From assembly GCF_009914755.1 (NCBI RefSeq), contig NC_060929.1: DNA of 64,000 nt. The stretch is one strand, 5' to 3'. This stretch comes from the human T2T-CHM13v2.0 reference genome, Homo sapiens. The translations under genes were made by a program, and so were the position numbers. Shown piece by piece: positions 1 through 14,266 of the stretch. The notes under the pieces are model-generated. The model was given only the letters and a program-made list of their open reading frames with translations. It was not told where the DNA came from and did not search any database. Numbering within the stretch: position 1 is the stretch's first letter; each line of letters starts with the position of its first letter.

Positions 1-1731
1 GAAGAGAAACAGACATATAATATAACAGAGTTTCCTGAAATTCATTATACCAAACTTCCAGGATAGATCAAGGAATTGGACCTAATTCTGCCCTGATTAT
101 TTTGGGTATGTCATTATCAATGTTGCAGAAACATTTTTAAGCCACTGTCTATCAACAATTTGATGAAAAAAAAAAAACTAACATTTCACGAGTAATGTTG
201 AGTGCACAGTGATTTTGAAAGAATCACTATTAGTAAACTAAACAGCACTCTAAATAAAGAAAATGACTGCTGTTAAGACATACTGTCTGAGAATTCTCAG
301 GAAGAACACCACAACGCTAACTCTGCTGTATATAAGAAATTATTCCAGTATGCATTTGAGTAATTCTGCATTTTAATTTAACCCTTTGAAACATTAATCA
401 AACCATGGCTAATTATAGGAATTAAGGAATTAAACGATGGAATCTTCTAAAAGATATTATTTAAAAGGCAGTTTATACAATTACTTGTATAGATGTTTGC
501 TTTAAAGAGGAAAACAGTTCTACTGTAATGAAAAGGGTCTTAGAAAATTAAATTAACAAGGGGGGACCAGGCTGATATGAAACTAAATTAGCATCAAATG
601 CAAATTACAGGGTACTTAATGGTAGAAACAGGTGCAGAGAAGAACCCTAAATGAGATAAATGAATAAAACATCCCTCTCCACAAATGTGGAAGCTGACAC
701 AAAGTCAATGATATGAATAATTCAGCAGCCTCCACACTGCTGTTGAGGTCAGCCTGCCTTGACCTTTGAAACAGGAAGTAAAATTCAGTTCAAATTTGAG
801 TGACTAGAAATATAACAGTCATTTGTTTTTTATATTAAAAAATCAACAGAATTTTTTAAAAATACAAATACAGAAAATATAAAATAGAATTACAGTTTGA
901 ACTAGAGACATTATACAATCAAAGTACTTAGTAAACAAACAAAATAATTTGATAAGATTTTACCCAAACCATACTTCAATATGGAAATCCTAAAAATAAA
1001 AATAATTAAAAACATATATACCAGTGCTCAGCTTAATGAAACTCCCTGTGAGAATAAATTTTTAAATCGTTATCCTTTCTTCAAAGTATTTTGTTGTGTT
1101 GCTATCAATGTAAAAAAAGCATGTCATAATTTTTAAAAGCCACATATTCTTATTAGTAATGCAAAATAATTTCTCATATTTGAAAGATAAAATTTGGTTA
1201 AACTAGATTTTTAAAAATCTATGTAAAGTTGCTATTTTTTAATTCTTCAATTCCTGATTGAATAAATACTGCATCCTCCAAAACTATTCACCTTAGAAAA
1301 ATGCAACCTAGGTTCTAAAAACAAACTATTCTCATAACCGAATATCTATTGTGGTTTTACGTGTCTTTTATCCTTTTTTTTTCTTTTTGCATGCTTCAAA
1401 AGTATTTTGTACAGTCAAATAGTGAAAGTACTCTCCTCATTTCAAATTGAATTTAGTGCTGTTAGAGATTAACAGGGTATGACAACAAACCAATTTCTAC
1501 AAGCTAGAAAGACAGCAAAATATATATGGTATATCACCCTCGTCCTTATTTTACAGGATGGCATAAAAGATGTTTGATAATAGCAGTTATCTCTGCCCTC
1601 CAATTGGTTCTATTAAGGGGACCCACAACTTGGCTATCTACCTTTCATCTATCTACTGTGCTTGTCAGATAAAAGATTATGTTGAAAGATGAGCTTAATT
1701 TTATTTTCTAGATTTAGAGAGGGTTAAAGCT

Positions 1732-1735
<4 letters not shown>

Positions 1736-1776
<41 letters not shown>
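1736..1776. repeat. (CA)n microsatellite
   Basis: About 20 perfect units. Confidence 0.95.
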
Positions 1777-1779
<3 letters not shown>

Positions 1780-4374
1780 CCCTCAGCCATCTATGAGAGA
1801 GCAGTGGTAAACTAGGTCTATGATTGTAATCACTGTAGGAAGAAGTTTGAGAAATGTTCCTTCCAAACCGGAGTGTTTAGTTGAGGCAAAATTAAAGATG
1901 CAGGGTGTGCTGGGTATTTCTTAATTATTATTATTATTATTATCATATCTGCTAAATCACTCCTCGCTCGACATTTAATACAGGGTGATAGACCAAACAC
2001 TGCTGATTTGGGGTTTGCCATAATGACTGACCTGAGCAAAGGCTTTGTGTACAAAGTGGCTCCCCATTAAATAAGGGCTCTGTGGAACCAGCTGGTTCTC
2101 ATTTTGAAACAACCGGTTTCTCTATCCCCAAGTGCTAAAGAAAATAATCCCTGCCATCTATGACTGCACACTTTCACAGAGGCAGCAACGAGAATTTGAT
2201 TGTGGAGATAATTAAAGTCATTCCTGGAACTTCCAAGAAAAAAAAAAAGGTGGAAAGAGGTGGGGTAGAAAGAAAGAATAGTCAATGATAGTGTTTAAAA
2301 TTAAACTATGACAAATCATTTTGAGTGGAGAAGAGGGAGGAGGAGCCCCCGCCCTTTATGGAATTCAGTTGAAACAGCTCTGTTTTCTTCCCCACTCGGC
2401 TGCTCCAGAGGGAGGTCCGAGATGCGATTAGTCAGGGCGACGGCCCCCAGTGTCCGGCTCGGAAGCCGAAGAATCGAAACATGGCTCAAGAAGCTACTTG
2501 TCACTGATGACACATCACAATGAGATTGTTTTGTTTTGTTTTTTTTTACGTTTCAATCCTAAATAAAATAGCCGCGGAGGAATCTAACTGGACTCTTCAA
2601 CAAACATTCTTTCCTAGTTGATCTGAAATGCTGAGGTTAGTTTAATATAATATTAAGAAAAAAAAGAGTGTATCAGACATTCAGAGACACTCATCTTTCA
2701 ATCTTGAGGAGAGCTTATTCTTTTATTATTTTTTGAATGCTACATTGTTCTACAATAAGAATCCATGTTCAAATAGCCTGAATGACATTCAGCTGAACCT
2801 ACGTTCCCTGCCTGCCTACATTATTTCATAAGCTTTTGGGAAAAAACTAAAATATGTGTAATCTGTCTGTCTGCGCTATCTGCCTTTAACAGGAAGAAGA
2901 GATGGGCTCAATGAGGACGACTCACGGCCTCTCAATTAACCTGATTAGTTCAGCACATTGCTCTCATGAATGACACCTTATCTTAAAATAAGGGAGAACT
3001 TCCTTCCTCGAGTAGACACAGGAGCCCCCTAAAGCCACAAAGATGCAGCCTATCAAATGTGAGGGCCTCTGCTTCTCCTCCCTCTTCCCAGCTCGCAGGT
3101 CAGAGAGACTAGCAGGCCAGGCGCCTGATTGGATTTTGTGTCCTAAGGACAGAAGGCAAGCTCCCGTCTGCCCAGGTGGCCTTGGAGAAGGCTGGGGAAA
3201 GGGATGCCCTGTGGGTAACTTCAAGCCCCTTCTTTCAGAGTCAACCAGGCACATGATGGGATTGGGGGTGGGGGACAGGAAGATTGGGGAGGGGGAGGGA
3301 GGGAAAGAGAATTCATTAACCCTTCAATCTCCAGAGTATCAGGTCAATGCTATACCTGCCTGAAAGAAAAACTGGTGAATTCTGAAGTCTTCTAATAGTA
3401 TATAAAACAAAGGCGCTGCTTGCACAGGGGTCTTTCTAACACTGATTTCGCGTTTGACATAATAGAGGATGGCTGAATTTTTGCCCTGCAAAAATCAAGC
3501 CTTCTCCCAAACTCTCTGAAATCTGGTGGTTTGCAAAGGATGCCACATATATATGTTTTTACAAAATAAGAAATTCCCATTATCATGTGTAATACACATA
3601 GTTAATAGAATATATTCTTGAAAATATGCTTTGTGAGAATGTCAACAGCAGAGATTTTCACTTGTCTGCTCTGTGATTTACTTGATCAATTAAACAGTTA
3701 GGCAATGAGGAGATTTGCATGGTAATCGTGTGAAGATTAACATTTTTAAGTGTAACAAATTTAATATTTTATCTTACATTTTCTGTTCCTCATCATTCTT
3801 TAATGGCAGTGCCATTTCACTTTATTGTGTAGTTATAACAAGCTTGTCTTTAGACAGAGAGATGAGACCACCAGATTCAACAACTGCATTTCTAGTTCCT
3901 GTCATTCCTTCTTTTCACAAAAACAAGCCCTAAGCATCTAGTACACAGGAGGGAGGCACTGTGCTCAACGTAGTCACTGCCCTCTTAGGCTTACAACCTA
4001 CCCTCCAAAGCGCTCATCTACCTGCCTGTGCTCAGCAATACCACAAACAGCTAAAATTAGAATTCCATAGTTGGAAAGGGTCTTAGAGATCTCTTCCTTC
4101 AGTCTTAACCAACATGTAGACTGCCTCAGAAGAGTGCAATAAAGCCGTGGAATTTGCCCAAGTTCGATACCTCTGGGTATGAGCTAAAAGGTGACTTTAA
4201 CCCGGGGATATTTTTCTTCTGCATCATGATCCCAGTGTAAAATGGCATTCTTCTATTTTTAAAACATATATATCAATATATTCTTTGTTTATACTTGCTA
4301 TTACTATTCCAACTATTTTTGGGGGACTGGGGGCAGAGATCAACCCTGAGACACTGAGAAAGCTGCATGAAGCC

Positions 4375-4480
4375 AGGAACTATGTTTGTCTTTTTCACTG
4401 TTATACCCCCAACCCTGAAAACAGTGCATGACATATAATAGAGGCTTAATAAATATTTGTGGAAACAAAACAATGAATGA
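4375..4480 (+). mobile_element. L2 3'-end fragment
   Basis: ...aataaatatttgtggaa...aatgaatga, the typical L2 terminus. Confidence 0.65.
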
Positions 4481-4611
4481 GTCTTTATCTAAGGAGACTT
4501 AGCTACCATGATTAACTTCAGTAAGGTAATTGTGCTCAAAGGAAGTCCCATGGCAATGATCACATTAAGAATGAAAATCCACATGGAATATATGATGCTC
4601 AAATTGCAAGA

Positions 4612-4815
4612 GCTACCTGATTTTAAGCACCTGTTATGTGCCAAGCCCAGTGCTAGGTGTTTCAATCCTCACAACGCTTCAAAATAGAAGTGACTTTTCC
4701 CATTTTGAAGATGAGAAAACTGAGCCCCCTGAGGCTCAGCTACTAATAAGTAGCTGTGGAGGAACTGGATCCCTTAGCCAATGCACTCCAAAATCTATGC
4801 CTTTGCCATCATACT
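4612..4815. mobile_element. MIR
   Basis: MIR core cccattttgaagatgagaaaactgag, preceded by aatcctcacaac. Confidence 0.7.
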
Positions 4816-7435
4816 GTGCCTTCTCCCAGATTTCTGTATGGATTACTGATGTTTTTTTCAAGCAAATACACAATCAAATTAAATGAGGACATAAGAACTC
4901 AAACATTGCTCCAGCAATGAGTACAATAAACAGTGTCACATATGTATATATGCATATATGTGTGTGTATATATATGTGTTTATATATATGTGTGTGTATA
5001 TATACATATAAAATCCTGAAAGTTAATTGTGACATCAACTAAGAAAGCTGGCTTGGTAAATAGGTTTAGAGTAATACATGAAAATGTGCTGTGGATAGCA
5101 AGAAAAATGAAATAAAAGAGACATTATGAAATACTGAAAACAGTGTTTTTAGCTGAGCAATTGAGAAAAGGGAAAAAAATCAGTCTGGGAGATAGGAGAT
5201 GTGGAGTTTCTAATCACTTGCTTTGTCACCAATAAAGTGGATAGTTCCTTAGGCTGTGTGCCTCAGTTTACAGATCTGTCAAATGGAGTCAATTTGTGCA
5301 AAGAGAATTTTCTGAGATGGTATACCCCGACGTGCTCTAAAACGCTGGAAGTGCCATTTAGGTGTAAGCTACTATTAAACTCACAGTGATCAGGGGTTTT
5401 GCTTGCTTTGTTTTAAGGTGCTCATAGACCAGGATTCAGATGCTGGTCTTTACGAGCCAGATCAGGGCACTCCCATTTCTACAGCTACAGGAAGAACAAC
5501 TCAGTGTTTAAAACCATATTCTGAGACATATCCCATATATCTAACATTAGAATCTGGCTTTAGGAAAACAACAAGACTGTGTAGAGAAACATGGGTTTTC
5601 AACTGTTGGTAACAGCTTCAAAGATAACCAGGTGAACCCTTAACCAACTTTCTTTTCTAAAGAACTTTTTAAAAAATGAAAAAGAGACTGCTCTCTTTTC
5701 ATCTTTTTTTTTTTTTTTTTTTTTTTTTTGGTCTCTGTAGAGTATGTGCGTGTGTGTATGTGCGTATGTGTGTGGTGTGTGTAGCTAAACCTGATGCAGG
5801 TCCATAGTTCTTCAAATTAACTTTCCATTCTGTGAGGGGGCTTCAGCCAATAGTGCACCCAAGAGTGTTAAAAGTGATATTTTCAGATATTACTAACAGA
5901 TCAGAATACTTATGAACGAGAAGCACATTAAAAACAGGTGGGGAAAATCTCAGTAGTTTACCTCTGGAAAACAATAAATAAATTGCAAGCAGCATGACTG
6001 TCTGATATTCAGGTGGAGTAATAAAGAGCTTTAGTCAAATCATGGTTGCTTCAGGAAGGTGGAGGAGGGAACAACATTTTGACCATTAGAAAAGTTACCC
6101 AGCTGGGCTCCTGACTCCTCGGCATGCACCAGCAGAGTCTAAGTCGCGTGCACCACCCGGCAAAGGCGGAGAATTCACGGCACTGGCGGGGAGCAGCACC
6201 ACATCAAAAAGCAGCAGCTGATGTCATGAAACAAAATACCCTATCATTTTACTTTGATAATTTTCAATTCATCAATTAAAAAAGAAAAGAAAAAAAGTTA
6301 TTTCAGCCTTGAAGATGTCATGTCCTGAGCCCCAGTGTTCACACCCTACAGAAGGGCTCTTCCTACCCACACATGGTATCAATATTAAGTTAATTGAGCA
6401 GCAAATGAGCAAAAAAGTTCTTGAGGGATTCTTGATATTGATTAAAAGGACATTAAAAAAAAAACCCACCACAACCTTTACATGAACCAAAATTTGAGAA
6501 TGTCGCCAAAGCCCCATAAAATATGTATAATAGTGACAGTGTCCAGATTAAAAATGTACATGGGCAGCTTGATTACTATTTTCTGGTTTTTTCCCTGCCC
6601 TGGCTCTGAAAGTGTTAAAGAAAACAATAAAAGAACAAGTGAGTGTACAGGGTAGGATTTACTGGCATTTACTTTTAATCTATGGCCCTTCACTCTGTAG
6701 CTTATCGGGCCTCTGTCAGTCCTTTTTCCCCCTTTATATTTCATGAGGAGCCCCCCATGCTGCTACTGAGAGACAGAGCCCAAGTGTCTATGAGCTTTTT
6801 GTCAGGTAAAAAGAGAAGAAAAAGGAAAGGAACAAGAGGAAAAGCAAAGCTAAGAGGCATCTATTAGATGTCACTAGGCTTTTGTATTCATGTCAATGAT
6901 TCAGGATTAGAGTATTTGAAATAATCTTATTGAGAGGAATCAAAAGGCCCACCGAGTGAGAGGCTGCTCTGTAGCATATGGCAAAGGCACGAACAATATC
7001 TTATTAAAGATGTGTTGGCTAACACCATTACTTTATATTATATTACAAAACTATTGTGCCTCAAACAGTTAGCAGGATGGTATAGTTACCAAGTGCCATT
7101 TTGGAGGTTATTGTGTAGGATCAATCTATATAATTTGCCAGCATGTCTAGCTCAGTCATGACAAGTAGGGTTTAGGGCATGTTTGCAACTGGAACCAAGC
7201 ACTTCACTTTCAAAAATAGAAATTCCCAAAGCACACAGAAGACCACTCTGTTCCCACCGAAAGTGGAGTACACATTTCATAGATGGAACGCCAATGGCCT
7301 GTCCTTCCCCAGAATCAGTTTAATTAAGTTTGCATCATTTAACATATGTGACACCCCCTGCCCCACCCATGAAAAATGTAACAAAGATTTTTTTTTTTTG
7401 CATGACTCCCCTCCCTATTAGGAATACATGCACAG

Positions 7436-7459
7436 ACACACACACACACACACACACAC
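7436..7459. repeat. (CA)n microsatellite
   Basis: Direct reading. Confidence 0.9.
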
Positions 7460-9168
7460 TCAGCTTCACACTTTAGCAGGATTAGGGCAATTAAAATTCT
7501 ATTAGAATAAGTACTGTAACGTTAAAACCTTCTTTTGCTTCTGGACAAAGACTTGTAACTGGAGAAATAGTTTGTAAGGGAGATTTTTCTTCCTCTACCC
7601 ACACCTTTCAAGGCAGGGAGCAATGAAAGACAAACCTGTACTGTTCACCATATTTCATTGATTGCAATAGGAGTATTGAGGTCACTTTTATATTGTCCTG
7701 GATAGTATGTAGTTACGCGGTTTGTAAAGAGAGGAATGGGATGGGGGGCTGTGAGAAGGAAGAATTAGTGGTCGATTTCAGATAACATCTCATGCAAATT
7801 AAAGTGACCAAAATACCATCTCTTTACGCAGGAACCACTAAATGGAGTTTTTTAAATCTGGTCAATTTTTATTAGAGAGTTAACCGGGTGCTGGCAGGAG
7901 AGGGAAATGAGGAAATGAGGGGAATTTATCAATGGAGAGTTACACTTGGAGAGAGTTTTTCCCCCCATTCTAAGCAACTTCTTTTAGGAAAGTAAAAGCA
8001 TGTTTAATATACTCATATATTCTCATTACAAAATGATTGTGCATAGTTACTAATGGGACACACAGAGGACTTCGTACTGCTTTTCTGTATTTTTCCAGAA
8101 CTGTTACAAAAGCAAAGTTATGATGACATGGGATTAAAAACCTACACCACGGGCTGATACCCGGGCCATGCTACACATACACACTACTGATTCTCTGAAG
8201 CTCCGTTAAATACATTTCTTGGAAGTTGCTGCCATTATTTCCTTTACAGGAAAACCACTGTTGTTCATTATACAGTGTCTGCAATAGTATTATACCATGT
8301 AAAAGTACTTTGCATTATGATACATTGTCAGCGTATTCGAAATGCATTTTAATGCATCCTGGTTGTGTATTTGGGAATAGCTGATAGCAAATGGAATATA
8401 GACTGCGATTAGCTTATTGTATTAGTTATTTTCTTATCACGGTAGCAAACTGCACACAAATGTACGGGGCTCATCTCATATTCAGAATGGTATTATCTGA
8501 TATGTGATAAAATTTAGAATGATACTCATTCACATAAGTCTCATCGCTAATAATCACATATGAATTCCCACTGAGAAGACAAATGTTTAAACACACTAAG
8601 GTTAATAAACAGTCTTAAATTCATGCTCAGTGTCAATGCTGGCTTTTCACTTTTGAAAAAATGCAAACCTCTCAAACCAACCAAAAACACAATAATTATC
8701 CTGCCTAGGGCAATTTTAGAGAGTGAATTCCTCCTCCTTTTATTTTAACCAAGCAGTCAAGGTTACAAATCAGGTGGTATAAAAGGTTTATCGGAACGCT
8801 GAGAAATGCATTTACACCTCTGGTTCTTCATACCCCACACAGCCATTTGTGTATAGTGCAGAATGATTATGCATTGGTGGTGGTTGGTCCTTCTAAAAAC
8901 TGGATGAAGACCAAAATAAGAAGAGTTGAAAGGGCATTGAAATGAAATCATGAAACTAACTAAAAGCCTCATTTGCAACTTTAATAAAATTATATATTTA
9001 TGTTCATGTTAATTGAGGACTTTATGTGGATGACAAAAAATAAATAAATATTGGAATTTACCTCTGATTATAAAAGACAGAGGAAAGCCATTGATTGTTG
9101 AAAGGCCCAGATGCCTTTACAATCCTTGGCAAATACATACCACACCCGACCCAATGGTAAAAAGTATG

Positions 9169-9211
9169 TGGGTGGGTGGATGGATGGATGGATGGATGGA
9201 TGGATGGATGG
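9169..9211. repeat. (GGGT)n(GGAT)n microsatellite
   Basis: Direct reading. Confidence 0.9.
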
Positions 9212-12200
9212 TTAGATAGATAGATCTCTCCTAACTCTAAAGTTTTTATATTGTTTTCCTATTATACATATGGGCATATATGTTATATAAATACATTGGT
9301 GTCAATTTAATGAAGAAAATTAGCTTGGTGATAAGGCAACACTGCACTTTTCTGAAAAGTCTTACCACAGAATTTACACCTCTTAGAAAAAGAATGAGTC
9401 TTCAATAAACTTGTTTATCTGAGCAACCATAACATGGTTAAGCTTTTCCGTTCATATGATGTACATCATATAAAATCAACAGGCAAATGGGCATTCTAAT
9501 ATTTTCATTACTGAACATTCTATTTCAGATAATCATAAAACAAACCCAATTCGTGTTACCTAAATGGAAGTGATCTAGATGTGGAAGATCTTTAGACAAA
9601 TCTGGAAAAAAGAAATACAGGCATTTTTTTCCTTTATAGGAGACCCTTGCGTAAGTGTGACCCGAAGTAATTCCAAACAGACTAGGTTTTTCATTTTACA
9701 AAATTTGTGTATTTTTTTTATGTCACATGTCAAGGCCTACATCCCATAGCCATACACATAGATACAGGAATTCTTAAAAATGGGGGAAAAAGGCATGGTA
9801 ATTCTGTTAATATTACAATAAACAAACTCAAAATTCTTACAGGTACATAAGTTGACAAGCTTTTAACATCCAAGTTTTAAATATCGGCTTTGAGGAACCC
9901 AAAACTTTTAGGTTACTGGAGCTACATTATATCCTTAAAAAACTAGGTCTAAATTCACACCAATAGGAGAACATAATTTGAGATGGAATTTCATCCTTTA
10001 GTATTTCTATCTACTAAAAAAAAAAATCCACTTGTTAACAGATAAGGATTCATTGCACAAGGAATGATGCTCACATTGTCACCCTTACTTAATGGTTCAT
10101 TTCATCAATTGCACTAATTCTAAATTCAAACAAACAAACAAACAAACAAACATTAAGCTGCCCCCTATCCCACCCCACTGCAAATAAGCAACAGAAATCT
10201 AGCCAGAAACTTCAGGAGTCTGTGTGAAAAGAAGCCTCCAGCATACTTTGGAGAAAGAAATGTTTTTATAAGACCATCTGTATTCATCCATGTCATTGCT
10301 CAAAGATAGTTTAGGAAAATAAAGAGTTTGGGGAAGCAAATTAAGAATGAATGGTCATCCTAACCAGATATGGAATAACAGTCTGCATACTTAATATATT
10401 CAGTTCCGACATTTATTAAAAAGTTTCCATATAGAAAGATTTTTTAATAGATGCAGAAAAACTGGGTTCCCAATTCAGACTACCCTATGTGACTTTTGTC
10501 ATTATCATCTTTTCTGATTCTTACAAAGTAAACCTAATTAAGAACCTCCCTCATTAGTCTTCCAGAAAAATTAGCACAGCTTATGCTAATTACTCCTGCA
10601 AAATTTAATAAACTCGTTGAAATGGGAATAGTCTAATGAGGTTTTATTTATTGAACTAAGATAACTCCAAGGAAAAAGGTTAGGACACAAGGATATCCAA
10701 TGTGGTAATAAAACTCCTATTTATTCAATTTCTAAACATGAAGTTTATTGCAAACCTTTTAAATTCAAATATTAGTTACTGTGTCAATATGTAAAATCAA
10801 TCTCCACCTTAATTCAATAACTGGAAGTCATTTTTTGCTTTTTACTTTAACAATAATTACCACACATAGCCCTTTACCTCAAAAATAATGAAATCTGCTG
10901 TTATCAGTTCCTGGTTATTTGCTATTAAACATAACACATTTGACTTTTCCCATGTCTATGCAGCTCAAATATCTGGATCACTGAGTGCAGGCTGGGTTAT
11001 GTGCTTCTTAATCAAGCTATTTGGCACCACACAGAAATGTAACCTGGCATTCAACTCCAGATGTGCACTTCCTGCATTTACAGCAATTTTTCTATAAACT
11101 TTTTTGAAGTGACTTGACAAATTGTCATGATTGTAAAAAGAATTGGGGTCATATGTTTCTCAGTCTGTGCATGCCATAAGGATGAAGTATAATAGAAGCC
11201 CCTTTTCTAAATCACAGTTTGCAACTGCTGATTTTGTTAATTCTACTTTTTTGATAGAATATGCCAGGCTGATGTCCCAAAGTCAGTGGCAGCAAATAAT
11301 ACAGCCAAAATTTAACACAGAAATAGCTTGCCCTGCACGATTGCACTATGACCAGAAAGTCTCTTCTCTCTACCCTATAAATAGTTTTCCTGAATAAACC
11401 ACTGCTAAAAGTCTTTTGACTGATAAAAATAGTAGTGTTCTCCCAAATTCCGAAGGACAAGCAAAGAGAGCTAAAAATTATTGGTGCTCAAAAGTTGACT
11501 GCGTGTTAAAACTATGCTAAATCCTAACGCAAGGATGGCCTGTACCCTCAGCTCTGTAATTGCATATTGTATGCATCTTTTGAAAACAGTTACTATTGCT
11601 ACTGAATGCAGGCCTCATAGCCTATTTTCACAAAATATTCAGGGATTTGCATCCATAAATCTGAAAGCAAATCAAACCCTAAGCACGTAACACAGATATT
11701 ATGCAATCAGTAATATAGAATCAAATTGGAAACTATGAAATTCAAACACGGTTGCCATCATTTTTTCCCCTTTGCAGCAATTTTATGGAATTGAAAAATC
11801 TTTTCTATTTTGCCCTTTCTTGCATAAGTTCTTCTCTTGTTGTTATTCTCTTCTCTCGCTGTTAAGAATGGGAGTTTCACATATCAGCACAGACAGGACT
11901 GGAGCTTTTAAAACCTTTGGCAGCCTGAAGGACAAATAAATTCTGAAAACTCAGGTGCAAATAAAAATAGCTAAATGGGGTTTTGCATATCAACTGGCAT
12001 CACTGCATGAAAAGATAGTTCATCAGAAACAATGGCAACAGCCAGCGAATAAACATATGCTGTGGGGCTTGTGCACATACACTGAGTTTCAGCTGTTTTT
12101 AAAGTACTCCTATCTGAAGAGACCAAGATTGGCTACACACTGTTTTCTACTTTGTCAAACCAAAAGGGAAAAAAAATGAAAAGGATAAATGTCATGAGTA

Positions 12201-14197
12201 ATATCCCCAAAGCCACCAACAGCATAAAGTGCATACTTATTTTGCCTAAATTGTTTGAACTACCCCAGCCAAGAAAAGGTTTTAAGTACCCTTCTGGGAC
12301 AGATGCAAAGCGGCAACAATAGAAGCCACACTAATGCAATCCAGGTAACACAATCCTGTTTCAAAAACAGGGGCCGGGCTAATTACAGTGCTGCTGAGTC
12401 AAGTTTCTTATGCCATCGCAACCCACAGGAACAGGTCAAAATCAAATGTTATTCAAACCACAGTCATATCAACCTTCTATATCAGAGTCACAGCTTCAAA
12501 CCAAACGAAGAACTTAAAAGCTTAACCCATTCACAAGCGAAAAAAAAAAAAAAGTCTTTTCATTGAGGGTGGCAAGGTAAGGTTCTTGTCATCATCTAAA
12601 CCAAAAGGAACTACATGGCAGAACAAAATGCTTATAGTTTCAAAGTTTTGGGGACTATTTGGGCTGGTCCTTTGATCCGTACACTTTCTTTTCAACAGAG
12701 GAGGAAGAAAAATGCTTAAAATAACAAATGATATTTTGGAGAGGTAAATTTAAATAAAACAAACCAGCATAAAGGTTAAATTTACTTGTGACCTTATTCA
12801 TTTGGAGACTTATGTTCAATCACAGAAAAAGCAACTATATGAACAGTATATCTGCTTTTGTAGATAAACATGTTATCCTAATTCTATAGGTAGCACACAC
12901 ATCACCATATGTCAAACTTTCTCATCTTTTAACTTTGAATCAAATATACTAATACTCTTATATGGAGCAAAAATATATATATTTTAGTGAATACTAGTGA
13001 GGAATATTTAGTTAAAATATCTGATTGAAATGTAACCTTTATAAAGCTTCTTGGCAATCAATTGGGTTTATGCCTGAAGACTCACATAAGTCAAAATCAA
13101 CAATCGATCTTTTGGCATAAATTATGTTGAAGCGAAGTAAACATCTTGTTTTTTGTTGTTGTCATTGTTAACTGAAAAATGATAAAACAAGCCCAAAAAA
13201 GGTAGAAAGAAAGATGGGTTTTTTTTTCTTTTGTTGTTGTTGTCAAAAATCAATATTGCTGAAACCCAAAAAGGGACTTGTGTTCAACCATTGGTTTCCT
13301 CAATGAGGGATCGGTCAGTCTTATTGGCAAGACTCTTTTTCCAGCTAGTACAAGATGCTAGCTCTTTTCCTAGCTGACAATTGACAGTATCTATAAACCT
13401 TCCAGGCCATTTAACTCTCAATGAGTAATGCTATGTAACAAATGGTTTATCATACATGTTTCCATACAATGAATTTCAATAATTAAAATGTAAAATGAAT
13501 ATTTGGAATGCGACTTTGCATAATGCGTGCACACTGACTCAAAATTACACCGAACAACTAAAACAGATTTATTGTTCTACGGTGATTTACTTGGTCATGT
13601 CAGATTAGTAATATGGATCTGTTTAAAAACACAAAAATTAAGACAAGCAGGATAAATTAATCAACTTACAATATGGTCTCATACTGCAATCAAATCCGGC
13701 AAATAACAGTAGAAAATCTTGGTTCACAGATCTCTTTAAACTGCTTTTATGCATAAATAAAACCTTAAAGTGTAGATGGATTACGTCCAACAGAACTACT
13801 GTAGCTAAAAGTGATAATGATTCAAACATTTTTCAAATAAAAGTTAAATATTTATAAGCACCCAACCACATTTCATAAATCACAAACTATTATTATTTTA
13901 TTTCTGAAGCTTCCTGGCACAGCATGAGGATTGAGCCACAGAAAGTCAGGAAAGAAAAAATATATTCCTTTAGGAGCATGAATCAGACAAAAACCGGAGC
14001 AATCCAAGGAACAGGCCTCTAAAAGAACATTCCATATGGCTTTCCCAGGAATCAAAATCGCTCAGCACAGCGTAAGTCATGACCAACAGGCAAATTTCAG
14101 CCACATGCATTCCTAACCCTCGCCCATGAGCAACACAAGGGCAGGTGTTTCATTATAATGAGGAATAAGAATCCAGTGAAAGAAGAGTGGTCCCTAC

Positions 14198-14266
14198 CTG
14201 TCAATTATCACTGGATCTGAGGGAGTCTCATTTCGGTTGCCACAGCTTTTCTTGTCACAACAGCGG
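14198..14266 (-). CDS. EBF1: EBF1 coding exon 6 (69 nt; [23 protein letters not shown]), carries R163 and zinc ligands C164 and C170
   Basis: Read manually. Acceptor cttttgctccatag at 14267; donor CAG|GTAGGG at 14197; completes the COE HCCC zinc knuckle. No exon 7 was seen in 1-14197, so intron 6 extends beyond the window. Confidence 0.97.
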
